Shown: piece by piece, positions 1 through 15,520 of the stretch
How the letters are laid out: every line of letters begins with the position of its first letter
Position numbering within the stretch: the first letter of the stretch is position 1
Origin: Eledone cirrhosa
Taxonomy: Eukaryota
Direction: 5' to 3'
Length of the DNA: 64,000 bases
NCBI GenBank assembly: GCA_964016885.1
Contig: OZ024742.1
Coordinates: 53,692,001 to 53,756,000 of the forward strand
Position numbers and translations under genes: made by a program
The notes under the pieces: generated by a model
The model's database searches: none
The model's input: the letters and a program-made list of their open reading frames with translations, nothing else
What the model was told of the DNA's origin: nothing

Positions 1-1481
1 GGAGTTCCTTCCCAACTCGCATGATATTATCTGTCTCATGCAGATAGACTTGCTCGAGAAACGGGCTCCTACGCTTCGAGGTTCGTAGATGTTGTCGAAG
101 AAATATGATGCGACATTCAAAGGTTGTCTGGACTGATGTTAGGCCTCTGCCTCCCTGCTTACGTTTTAAGTAAAGGCGGTCTGTGTCACTGTTGATGTGG
201 AAGTTCCCGGTATTGTTTAGTATTTTTCGAGTTCCAACACCAACTTCTCGAATTCCTTCTATCGTCCAATTGAGTATTCTAAACGTTAGTCTTAGGACAG
301 GCACAGCAAACACATTGTGAGCCACTGTTTTGTTTTCGCAGAGAGTTTCGATGACCATATTTTTCTTAATCAGGTGTAGTATCCCCTGGTTACGCGTTTC
401 TTATTACAGATACCATTATAGGATATGTTCTCATCTATCGCCAGGTATCTGTAGCAGTCCTCATCAGATATCGGTGAAACAGTTAAGCCATTGATGACAA
501 TGTTGCTAGATTGGGTTGTTGTTTTTCCCCGCTTTACAGTCATGTATGAGCATTTATCTTGGCCAAACTCCATTCCTATATCCTTTGAACACGTTGGAAC
601 CAGGTCAAGATTTTTCTTCATCCCATCCATGTTCTTGGCATAGAGTTTCAGATCGTCCACAAAGAAATTATGGGTTAGGTTCGTAGTTCTGTCCTCCTGT
701 GAGCCAATGATGTATCCCTCATATTTCTTAAACAGAAACAGAAAGGACAAGGGGTTTAATGACAAGATGAATAATATCACAGAGAGACTGTGCCCCTGAA
801 ATATACCCCTGCAAAATTTTATTTTATCAGTGAAAATAGAATCCTCCCTCTCTGTCTTTAACCTTAGGATAGTAGCCCAAGAAGAAGACAGCCTCTCTAT
901 GGCTCTGACAATAATGTCTGGGACTTTAGCAAGTTGGAGGGCCTCTATCATCCAAGAGTGGGGAACAGAATCGAAAGCTTTCCTGTAGTCCATCAAGACT
1001 GTAGTCATATTCCTCCCAAGTTGTCGCACCTCCGACATCGCAGTTTTGTTGATTAGGAGTTGTTCAGCACATCCCCAAACCTCTTTCTTTCCAGCTGCTT
1101 GTTCATCTGTGATGATGTTATTATTTTCACAGTGATCTTGGAGGAATAGGTTCAGGCAGGCTATATACATCTTATACATCAGGTTCTGGTATGCAATGGA
1201 TCGGTTGTTTTTTGCCAAGTGGGTGTCTTTGTTCTTGGAGACCAGTAATGTTTGTGCTAATGTCAACCCATTCTGGTATAAGTGTATCTCCCTTAAGAAC
1301 TTGTTGGTAGAAGTCAATAAGATACCTTCGATAGAATATCAGTTTTTTGTACCAGTAGCCGACAATCATGTCTCTTCCTGGTGTTTTCTTATCTTGGAGT
1401 TTTCCTATCACAGTCTCAAGGGTACGCTCACTTATTTCGTATGTTTTTGTTTTTAGTGAAGGAGCAATAGTTCTTTCGGAT
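1..1481 (-). mobile_element. R4/Dong-clade non-LTR retrotransposon, degenerate RT region, 5'-truncated at a (TACA)n tract
   Basis: ORF 370-1317 has RT motifs DYRKAFDSVPHSW, RGIFQGHSLS, FVDDLKLY, GMEFGQDKC; frameshifted; 1-345 is homologous to 62820-63140, which leads into an RLE domain. Confidence 0.85.
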
Positions 1482-1483
1482 TT

Positions 1484-1567
1484 GTATGTATGTATGTATG
1501 TATGTATGTATGTATGTATGTATGTATGTATGTATGTATGTATGTATGTATGTATGTATGTATGTAT
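1484..1567. repeat. (TATG)n microsatellite between the R4 fragment and the RTE-derived element
   Basis: Direct reading. Confidence 0.95.
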
Positions 1568-1569
1568 TA

Positions 1570-2180
1570 TGTCAGGTCACCAGTTGGTGCTACTGGTAAC
1601 ATGTATCCCAGTACAACCTGTCTCATCGTGGGGTCTTTGGCGACTAAACTGGCAGTCTCGTCAAGGTTTCTTGGTGAGGAGGGTGACTTTGGACATCCTG
1701 CAGGACTAAAAACAAAACCTGTCAAAGAGCAAAGGAGCTCTTAAGAGTCAATGGCCATCCAAAATCACCGGGAGAGATGACCCCTTAGCCTTTGTCAAGG
1801 CAGAATTCTAGGAGAAGGAAAACTCTGATATAACACCTGCAACCCTGATGGTATCCAATGATGTTGACTTGTTCTTCTTTTTGGTAAATATCATCTTGGT
1901 TAAGAGAGAGGGACTGGCTTTGTGCAGTGCTTTTGCTCACTATAAAAGCTTCACAGCACAGGCATTGCTTTATATCTGGAGATCTCTCTGCACTTGTCGT
2001 CACATAGTACCATGGGCCCAGCACTATGTGTCAATAATTGTCACAAGTGCAGTGTTTGTACCAGAGTTTTCAAGTCGCTGGCTGGACTAAAAAGCCACAC
2101 TCGTTCAGCGCATCGCTGGGGTTTCTACTACATGGATATAAAGTAGTGGCCGTACTCGAAAACGAGTTGGCAGCCACCAT
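1570..2180 (+). mobile_element. Non-autonomous bipartite RTE-derived retroelement (~610 bp) with (TATG)n tail
   Basis: RTE 5'UTR-like motif CTAGGAGAAGGAAAACTCTGA (~1808); 3' part encodes CSVCTRVFKSLAGLKSHTRSAH (RTE C-terminal C2H2-like remnant), then stem-loop GTGGCCG..CTCGAAAACGAG..CAGCCAC and a (TATG)n tail; further copies at 30632-31048 and 61203-61619. Confidence 0.7.
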
Positions 2181-2261
2181 GTATGTATGTATGTATGTAT
2201 GTATGTATGTATGTATGTATGTATGTATGTATGTATGTATGTATGTATGTATGTATGTATG

Positions 2262-2860
2262 TGTCAGGTCACTCCTGAGTGCAACTGGTAACATGTAACC
2301 CAGTACAACCTGTCTCATGGTCGGGTCGTCGGTGACTAAACCGGCAACCCCACCAAGTTTTGGACACGCTGCAGGACAAAAAACAAAACCTGACAAAGGG
2401 TGGAAGAACTCATAAGAGTCAACGCCCATCCAAAAGTGTGTAAATATGTATTTGCACATGTACATATGTATGTATATATGTATATACATGGCTGCATGTG
2501 TACGTATATGGCGGGGACATAGAAATAGTCGGGCTGGACACCCCATCGCGCAGTTAAACCACTTGGAGTGAAGGCCCCCTAGCCTTTGTCAGGGCATTCT
2601 TCTAGGAGATGGAAACTCAGGAAACTGGAATAACTCCGATATAAAACCTGCGGCTCAGTAGTTACTGATGATGTTGATCTTTTCTTCTTTTCGGGTTATA
2701 ACTACTGTCGCTCAGAGAGTGGGATTGGCTCAGTGCACAGTCTTTCCTCACTTTAAAAAATATCTTCACGCACAGGCATTGCACGATAGAATTAATTAAT
2801 AATTATTAATAATGTTATATCGTGCAATGGCCATACTCGATAACGAGGGGGCAGCCATCA
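2262..2860 (+). mobile_element. Diverged subfamily copy of the bipartite RTE-derived element (interrupted ~2435-2570)
   Basis: Same 5' start GTCAGGTCAC, same CTAGGAGA(A/T)GGAAA motif, same 3' hairpin CTCGATAACGAG-GCAGCCA plus (TATG)n. Confidence 0.65.
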
Positions 2861-2975
2861 TGTATGTATGTATGTATGTATGTATGTATGTATGTATGTA
2901 TGTATGTATGTATGTATGTATGTATGTATGTATGTATGTATGTATGTATATATGTATGTATGTATGTATGTATGC

Positions 2976-3168
2976 ATCCGGGAGAGATGACACCTTAGCC
3001 TTTGTCAAGGCAGAATTCTAGGAGAAGGAAAACTCTGATATAACACCTGCAACCCTGATGGTATCCAATGATGTTGACTTGTTCTTCTTTTTGGTAAATA
3101 TCATCTTGGTTAAGAGAGTTGGGGTTTCTACTACATGGATATAAAGTAGTGGCCGTACTCGAAAACGA
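2976..3168 (+). mobile_element. Internally deleted fragment of the RTE-derived element
   Basis: Matches 1768-1910 joined to 2117-2166. Confidence 0.7.
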
Positions 3169-3341
3169 GGATATATATGTATATATATGTATAGATATGT
3201 ATATATATATATGTATGTATATATAAACACACACATATATATATGTATATATAAACACACACACATATATATATGTATATATATGTGTATATATGTATAT
3301 GTGGTGTATATATATATATATATATATATATATGTGGTGTA

Positions 3342-3415
<74 letters not shown>

Positions 3416-3461
3416 GTGTATATATATATATATATATGTATATATATTGTATTTATATATG

Positions 3462-3515
<54 letters not shown>

Positions 3516-3690
3516 TAAAGATTTACATATACATAAAGTCATAGATATATATGTGGCAACCGGTCACGTTGTGGCTCAATGAAGAATTATTCTCATAGCC
3601 TGGTCTAATTGATTTTTTATATGGTTAATTATGCTAATTGGGAGAGGAAATGGTATATATTTTATCTAATGATTCTCAGGAAATGATTTA

Positions 3691-3796
<106 letters not shown>

Positions 3797-3946
3797 ATAT
3801 CTATTTATATATAATAGTAATAGGTAGGTAAAAATATCTAATATCAAGCCCGTAGGGTTCATTTTAATCGGCTCAAGAACAAGTTGGTTCTCAAGGCTAA
3901 TGAAACTTACGTACCCAGTATTGTACCGTTGTAGCAATTGGTCTTA

Positions 3947-6872
<2,926 letters not shown>

Positions 6873-6873
6873 C

Positions 6874-6907
<34 letters not shown>

Positions 6908-7219
6908 ATAAGTAAGCAAGGTCAAAATCTCAAGTTTGCCTCATATATATCCTTTATTTACCTATAACAGTTAATTCGATATCGATCCGCTAAAGATGGG
7001 ATCATAATGATCGGGCTCATCACATATTAGGGTTTATGTGTGCAGAACGCATTCAAATATGTGTTCAGCATATAAACCCACATGTCAGGAGCTGTTAATA
7101 CAGAGTCGGGCCCCAATCATCATGATCGTACCGTTAGCTGATAGTTATCGAAACAATTGTCATAGATGAATAAAGTTTGTATGAGTTGCAACCTTGAGAC
7201 TTTGTCCCTAATTACCTTT
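6908..7219. mobile_element. Foldback/MITE-like element with ~110-bp imperfect terminal inverted repeats
   Basis: AAGCAAGGTCAAAATCTCAAGTTTGC... versus ...GCAACCTTGAGACTTTGTCCCTAATTACCTT. Confidence 0.5.
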
Positions 7220-7370
7220 ATTTACACTCTACAGCTTACAGCTATCCTCAACCCTTAGCTACAGGGAATTATAAACCGCACACCTGACGGTCTTTGAAAC
7301 TGTATTGAGTGCTTTGATTGGCGAACCACATGTAACTATCATTACCCACCTACATACTATATGTATATAT

Positions 7371-7729
7371 CAGTGGCGAATGGTAATCTGGAAAGCAGGG
7401 CATACAGTCCAATCGCCATGGCGGAAAGTGGGGCTGTGCAGCCTTACCCCTCCCCCCCATTCCCTCTAAATGACCCTCCCGGTCAAAGCCGCATGTAGTG
7501 TTATCTAGTGTGTGTGTGTGTTATCTTTTTATGTGTCTACGGTTTAGTAAGCAGCCAGAATTATGCTTGCTTCAACCAACGCTGTTGTGTGATTGTGTGT
7601 ATGTGTGTATGTGTGTATGTGTTATCTTTTTATGTGTCTACGGTTTAGCAAGCAGCCAAAATTCTGCTTGCTTCAACCGACGCAATTGATCAACTCAAGA
7701 TTCTATAACGCACGCACACTTCGCCCCTG
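7371..7729. mobile_element. hAT-type MITE
   Basis: TIRs CAGTGGCGAA / TTCGCCCCTG; 8-bp TSD GTATATAT on both sides; internal ~105-bp tandem duplication. Confidence 0.7.
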
Positions 7730-7780
7730 GTATATATATATATATATATATATATAGACAGAGAGAGAGAGAAAGAGAAA

Positions 7781-8127
7781 GAAAAGGTGAAGTTGGAAAT
7801 AGAACAGAAAATATATCTTAGGGTCTGTTTTTCTTTTTTTTCCATTTCTTTGATTCGTCAAAGTGACAGTTTTGAAAAAATGAGATTGACAATTCTTTTA
7901 AAAAAGAGTTTTATAATGTATATAAAGTATACTCAACATTTGATAAGATGAATTTTAATAATACATCGAAACCGTTAATACTTTATAAAACTCTTTTTTA
8001 AAAGAATTGTCTCTCATTTTTACAATAATGTCACTTTGACAAATCAAAGAAAGTAAAAAAAAAACTAAAAAAAAGATAAACAATCCCGAAAATATATTTT
8101 CCGTTCTATTTCCAACTTCACCTTTTC
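7781..8127. repeat. Imperfect foldback palindrome with a degenerate hammerhead in the loop
   Basis: ~135-bp arms GAAAAGGTGAAGTTGGAAATAGAAC / GTTCTATTTCCAACTTCACCTTTTC; loop ttgataa-GATG..CATC-GAAA-ccg. Confidence 0.75.
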
Positions 8128-8168
8128 TCTATAACTACTGTTTTGTATAGAACCTTACTTCTGTTTCC

Positions 8169-8288
<120 letters not shown>

Positions 8289-8291
8289 GCA

Positions 8292-8374
<83 letters not shown>

Positions 8375-9129
8375 TTATATATATCTTCCCTCCTTCTTCC
8401 CTTTTCTCAATAACTTACCCAGTTATTGACGCTCTCAGCGGTAGATATCTTGTCTTTAAGGCGTGGAAATAACCGAGACCCCCCAATATACAACTGATGA
8501 GGAAAACTCCCCCCGTTCTTACTTTCTTCTTATTCCCACTCCATTTTAAGCTACCTTAAATAGCAACTACGCAGCTATTTCTATTCTCTCTCTCTCTCTC
8601 TATATATATATATAAGTAAGAGAAGCTTATGGAATAGAATGGATACAGCTTCGGTCGTTTCCTCCCTCAATGAGCCAATGATATAATTAAGTCCGTATTA
8701 TTAAAATTCAAACTTAACTGATTAGAACGCATACATATACGACTTTGCGTGTGTAGGAGAATTGAGTTACCCGGACCGATGCATCAGTTTTTACGATTCC
8801 GATCTACTGGCGGTGTTCCGAGTGGAACAATTAGATAATGTTAGTATACATTACGTAATTTGGTGGGGACCGCGTTGTCAGCGGGAGTTCGCCTCCCTGT
8901 AGTGGAAAGTTCCATATGGCATGCTAGTACTTCCCATTGCCGGTCGTAAGTGAATGTAATAGCTCTCAACTTCTCAAAGAGAAGATAAGGCAAGCCTGAC
9001 CATTCACAAGGAACACACGTTGACATTGATTAAAATTGAAAAAAAAAATATGAACATGACAAAAGCACTCTACCAGGGTGCTACATATATATATTGATGC
9101 ACACACACATACATGCACATACACTCACG

Positions 9130-9236
<107 letters not shown>

Positions 9237-9239
9237 ACA

Positions 9240-9289
<50 letters not shown>

Positions 9290-9639
9290 CTTACACACAC
9301 ACACGCACGCAGAAAAATCTATATGTATATACCAATTGCTCCTCGGTTTGATTTCCACAGAAAATATTTATTTCACATGGAAATGGTTAATCTGAAGCTA
9401 CGTTTGTCTTAGAACCGTTGAATAGTAGAATGAAACTCAAGGACAACCACAACAACAGCCACAGCTAAAACATCAAAAATACATATAATTACAAGCACAA
9501 TCAGAACAAAAAGCAAAACCCCACCCACTGTCACAATCATGGCATCAACAACCTGATCCACTTTCCTAATCCCAACCACAATCCCAAACATAACTAAAAT
9601 CACGATAACACCACGGCGACAATCATAACCCTAATCCCA

Positions 9640-9965
9640 ATCATAGTTAAATCATATAGTTGTTAAATCACAGTTAAATAATATTTTCAAAAATAGTTAC
9701 GTCATATTTTAGTTAAATTGTTGTTAAGGCATATTCAGGTTTAGTCATAGTTAAGTAATAGTTAAGTCATAGGTATGTCATATAGTTAAATCATAGTTAT
9801 GTCATATAGTTAAGTCATAGTTATGTCATATAGTTAATTTATAGTTAAACCGTATATTTTAAAAGTTGTATTTAATTCATAATCTAGTTAATCCTAGTTA
9901 AGTCATGTCGTAGTTAAATAATAATTAATTCATATCGTAGTTAAATCACAGTTAAATCATAAAGT
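9640..9965. repeat. Degenerate minisatellite of TAGTTAA(A/G)TCA-like 11-13-mers
   Basis: Direct reading. Confidence 0.7.
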
Positions 9966-10791
9966 TATGACTATTTCTCCATTTTCTTTTTTTTTCTTTT
10001 ATTGCATGAGAACAAAAACCGGATTCTCCAGATAAAAACAACTAAAACTACAAATATATTTAGTAAACAATTTATACAAAATATATTCATGAATATTAAA
10101 CGATATGAGATTGTCGGTGCCACGCACTTACTGCATATAATGTATTAAAGCAAAACAGTAAAAAACATAATAACTGTATAATATACTCACACATTTTAGT
10201 TATATCTGCTATTTCTCTGAATAGCGAATAAACTGTCTTCTTTCCAAATCTTATCCTTATTCAATAGTATATTTGTTCTTTTCATGTATTATAAAGAATC
10301 AGTTCTTTTATCGTAAATCGGGCATATTTTGCTTTTCACTAATACAATTCTCTGTTTATTAACATTTGCATTAGTTTTTAAAGTATTTGAGTTTGGTAAT
10401 TTATTATTATTCCGTTTCTTCCTTTTTGTGAATCTTATAATTTTTCTCCATTTCTTTTTCATTTTTCCTCGTTCAAATTTAATCATTGGTTTTGCACAAA
10501 AGAAGGTGTAAAACATATAAACAATAATTTAGAAATGAAAATAAAAATACAGGGCTCATTTCATATACGTATGCAAAATCAATTTTAGCTAAATTGATTT
10601 CGCATTGTTGTTTTCTTATATAAAGCGCATTAAGTGATAAGAGAACAAAGACGGTTCTATGTTATTTCCATTCAGTCAACTAGTAATTTCCTTCTCTAGC
10701 CTGGGACGCCATAACTTACAAATAGGAACACAAGTCTTAAGAGGTTATTCATGGAGTAAATGAAGAAAGTACTGCCGATATATATATATAT

Positions 10792-10877
<86 letters not shown>

Positions 10878-10941
10878 ATATATACACACACACACATATA
10901 TATATATACATATTTAATTTTAAATATAAATATGTATCATA

Positions 10942-10988
<47 letters not shown>

Positions 10989-11052
10989 TTAATTTTAAAT
11001 ATAAATATGTATTATGCCTAATATATATATACATATATATTATATAGAAATG

Positions 11053-11102
11053 GTTTCTACAGGACTAGAACTGTTTCATTCAGGAGAAATCATCAGAAAA
11101 GC
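11053..11102 (-). ncRNA. Hammerhead ribozyme motif in a short (TA)n-flanked insert
   Basis: Minus strand: CTGATGA-tttctcctgaat-GAAA-CAG ttctagtc CTG-TA-gaaac; same family as 26429-26548 and 54520-54835. Confidence 0.7.
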
Positions 11103-11152
11103 TCTGAGTAACTTACTTACTGTGGTTACCCACGATTGAACCCGGGATAAAC

Positions 11153-11248
<96 letters not shown>

Positions 11249-11249
11249 A

Positions 11250-13205
11250 CGAGTGCTGAAAGGTACCACATGAGTTGATATATATAAAAACAAATAGTAG
11301 AAAGGACAAATATTTTTTCAGTAGAAAATGTTGAAGATATATTTTTAGTGAAATTTCAAAACATTAATTTATTTACAATACCGGTTTCAGCATTAAATGC
11401 ATTGTCAATTGCAGATATGCAGAATATTGTTAAGTTGCATATTTGTAAAAATAGTGAAAATAATGATAATAACAAAACAAAAAAAAGAAATATAGAGAGG
11501 GGAAGAAAAGTTAATTTTCACATACGTGATCTTTCAGAGAAGAAAGTAAAATTTGTCTGTCCATCCTTCTCTGCTAATGGGTTTACTGTGACTGGAGAGG
11601 GTAGAAGCAGGAGGGGATATATAGGGACGCACAACCCCACACTAAATATAGGGGTGCCCTAATCAACCTACATCCACGAACCCTAACCTTGCTTTGTTGT
11701 CACTGAAGAGGGTAGAAGCAGGAGGGGAGAGGAGAAGAGAAGAAGGAGGAGGCATGGGATGGTTGTTGTGGCTGCAGACTGCTATGTGGGACCATTTGAA
11801 TAGTGGATACAAGGTTTGGTTGGGATTGGTTTGAAAGGCTGGGTGGTCTTAGAGTTGACTGAGGAGGAGGGGGGTACTTCTGAAAATATCTATCTTGGTA
11901 TTTTTTCTTAGAAGAAATCATCAACATTGACCTTGTTTTTTTTGCGACAAGGAAGATTTAGTGTTATTGAAATATTAATCCCATCCCTAGCAGGAATTTT
12001 AGATTTAGGGGGATGGAGAAAATGTTACTACAAAGAGGGATTCACAGCCACTGGTATACCCATTCTGTCTTCAGCAGAAGCTTCCAGATTCAGGGGAATG
12101 TAATGCATTTAGTCTGACACGTGAATGTTTCCATTTATCCAATTATCTTCGTGGAGGTCTTCCAGGACTTGCTGATGTGAGTGTTACTATGTGGTTGCTT
12201 GGTCTACATTATATAGTTCTCAGAGGTTGCTGGATCTTGGAAAAGGATACATTGCTAAAGGGTTAAATTGTGATTTTAAAGTGTGCCAACTTTGGTTTGG
12301 TCTGAAGTAGAAGTATTTAGAAGGGGTTCGTATTTGTCGATAAATTGTGATTTCTTGTTAATGCGTTGGATGTAGAAAGTGTTGTCTTTGAATTTGTAGA
12401 TGGAAAAATTCTAAAATTGGGTTGTTCATTAGATGCGCAGGTCGCGATGTGTTCACTTAGTGCTATCTTTCTGTATTCCCGTATTTTGATTTGGGATCTA
12501 TGGACGGTCATACGTTGTCGGAGGCTGTTTTTGGTCTGTCCTATGTAGTGCTCTCGACAACTTGAGCAGGTCAAGACATAGATCAGGTTTCATGATGCAC
12601 ATGTGAAATTGCACTTAACTGTAAAGTGTTGTCCTTGTTTGAAGTGGAACTCCGATCCCTCTATTAGATTCATACATCAGTTGGGTCTTCCGCATTTTTT
12701 TTTTACTGTAGGGTTCATTGTGGGGTGTGTGGGGGGGGGGTGTCGGCTGGACTTTGGCCTGTGTAAGGGTGTTTTTTTATTGATTTAGGCTGCCTTTTGC
12801 TCTTTATGATATTGTTCATTTGGAAGATTTGGTTCATTCTTAGGTCTCTTTTTAGTAAAGGTATGTTCTGGAGGATGGTGTCGAATGCCTCATTGTTAAG
12901 GGGGTTGTGTGTGGAGATGTATGGTAGAATTTTCAGTTTTGACTCATTCCTTGGTTTGGGGTGTCTAAGTACCTGGATGTTGAGTTTTAAGGCACGTTGG
13001 AATCCATTGTTGATTAGGGATGATGGGTAATTCCTGCTAATAAATGTGTTCTTTAATTCTTCTAGTAGTATGTAGCATGTGCATTTATCAGATACTATTG
13101 TGCAGATCCTTTTGGCTAGGTTGTAGGGAATGCTCATTTTGGTGTGTCTAGGGTGGCATGAGATGAATGGAGGATACTGTTTGGAGTCTGTGGGTTTATA
13201 GTATA
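11250..13205 (-). mobile_element. Neptune-type Penelope-like element, 3' half (RT thumb, Cys linker, GIY-YIG, pseudo-LTR)
   Basis: YKPTDSKQY..SCHPRHTKMSIPYNLAKRICTIVS; LIYVLTCSSCREHYIGQTKNSLRQRMTVH; 11285-11680 is repeated inverted at 20885-21275 and holds a degenerate minimal hammerhead (GCA..TGC-tGAAA-CCGG-TA). Confidence 0.85.
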
Positions 13206-13628
13206 CTAGCAGAGGTATCCGGCGTTGCTGGGTATTAAATAGCAGTTATGTATACCATTTATGTCAATACTTCAGTGCTGCTTCGAAAACTATACTTTTA
13301 CAAAAATCATCGGCTTTTCCCCAAAGGGGGTTCCTATCCCCAGGGGGTCCTCTACTCAATATGTGTAGAACAAACGTAGCCCATGTGTCAAGTTTTGTGA
13401 AAATCGGTTGCGAACTCCAGAAGTTATGACATTTTGTTGCATTGCACTGCAGTGCTTCAGTCGACTCCAAGGAAGCGGTTGAAGGGGGTTATCTGCCGGG
13501 AGGCCCTATAATCAATATCTGGAAAAATGAATGTGCCCATGACCATCCGGAGTACATAAGTAACCTATGTCTTAAGTTTGGTGAAAATACTGTAGAAATG
13601 CATAAGGCTTACACACACACGCACGTGC

Positions 13629-13709
<81 letters not shown>

Positions 13710-13859
13710 AATTTGTGTGTGCGTATGTATATGTATGTTTATGTCCGTCGGCGCATACGTATGTACTGGCCTAAATCTTCACTATTTACTTTTACTATTT
13801 TAATAACCTCTGTCATTTTCGTTTTCAATTTTATTTACATCATTCTTAAACTCCGGGGC

Positions 13860-14165
13860 TGGAAATCATTCGGTTATTTTAAATAGAATATTAGTCTAAC
13901 GACTCCATTTATACCATAAACTTGGTCTTGTCTTTGCATGAAATTCTTCTTCTCAGTCCACATAACGACATATTATACTCGCTTTTTTTTCGTTCATTGC
14001 CAGGGAACATCTTCACGAACCAAAATATCGTCTTCCTGTTTTCCTTCGGTTGCAACGTTTCTCGAAATATTTACTTCTGCGTTCACAGATTAAATTTTTT
14101 AGTTTAAGAAGATCCCGTTAATGTTGAAAGCAGCGATTCTTTGCTTAAACTTTAATCTGTTCTTA
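13860..14165 (+). mobile_element. 3' pseudo-LTR fragment of the Hydra-type PLE family at 4081-6840
   Basis: Homologous to ~6555-6825 including a degenerate hammerhead. Confidence 0.7.
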
Positions 14166-14822
14166 TATATATATATACAAACATAAACTTTAATCTGTTC
14201 TTATATATATATATACAAACATAAATTATCGAGATTCGCATTTCGGCCCACGAAATAACGAAAATCAACCTCCGAGATGTGCGGCAAGTGCTCAATGATT
14301 CAGATGAACCAGAGCTATAACAAACATTAAAGGCCAAACACACTGAGACGATGGTTAAACAATCATTCGCATAGCCAAAAAAAAACGATAAAGTAATTCG
14401 GGTATTGAAAATTTACCCGGATCCCTGGAAGGTTGATAAAAACCAGTATATGGGTTTCTGCGGCTCCTAAATCAAGTACCGTCCGCTTACATAAATAATG
14501 TCAGGCTTCTGGTAAGATGATTGAACAAGGAAGCCACTTTCTCAACAGGTTTTAGTTCAATGTTAATACAAGGACTGACTATTGCTGACCCCACGTGGGG
14601 ATCGGCAAGGGAGGCAACCCCTATATCAGGCGAATGAATTCAGTTGTGTATATTTTTGCAAGAATGCAAAAACATCACAAATCGAATAGAGTTCTCAACA
14701 GAAGGGTTAAAATTAACATAAGCTATTCATCAGTCAAAAGAATCAACTAAAAAATCAAGAAAATTAACTGGTCAATAGCTAGAGTCTGGAGAATAATACA
14801 AACATAAATTATATATATATAT

Positions 14823-14878
<56 letters not shown>

Positions 14879-15520
14879 AATGAATAATAACAGGTAGACA
14901 TCATAAAAAGGTAATTTATTCCGTGTGCTTACAAGTGTTTCCACGGTGGTACTGCAGCCTAGTTTCGCTACGTGCAAATTCACAAGTACTTGCAGAACTC
15001 GAATATCCAATGCTGTGACCACTGTTTCCTCAGAGCAGAATGGTAAATGTACAATGTAAAAACCCTTAAGTGGGGTTGTTGGGGAAGATAGAGTGGAACA
15101 GGAAGAGAGAAAAGTAGGGAAGATGGAGAGAGAAGGAAAGATATGCAGGGGTTGGAGAAGTAGGAGAGAGTGGCTTGTAGATATCTTAATCAAAATGTTA
15201 TGGTAGGGGTTACTTTTGGAGAGATGCGTTGATAGTTAAGGTCGGAATTATTTATTGCCCCAGAGGGCAGGTTCATAGATGTTGAGAGGGAGGTAGGTCA
15301 AAGGTGAGAGAGAGAGAGTGTAATGGATGTAGAGAGAGATATATAGGTAGAGAGGGGACAGATAAAGTATGTGTGGTGAGTGAACTTTTGGTTTTGTAGT
15401 AGTAATCTAGGAATTGTACTGAGTTACCATGTATAGTGATAAGCAGTGTATTGTCTTGTAGTGTGGGAGGAAGAGAAGGTTGTTAGCTAGAAAGTGATGT
15501 TATAGTTACGGGTTCGAATG

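Noticed and set aside
1785-2024. Repeated 79-101-aa ORF (LGPWY..SAERSPDIKQCLC) in three copies
   Set aside because: Antisense to the RTE-derived element; recurrence reflects repeat copies and the ORF ends differ
8490-8520. CTGATGAG hammerhead seed (also ~27897 and ~31099)
   Set aside because: No convincing stem II, GAAA and stem I closure
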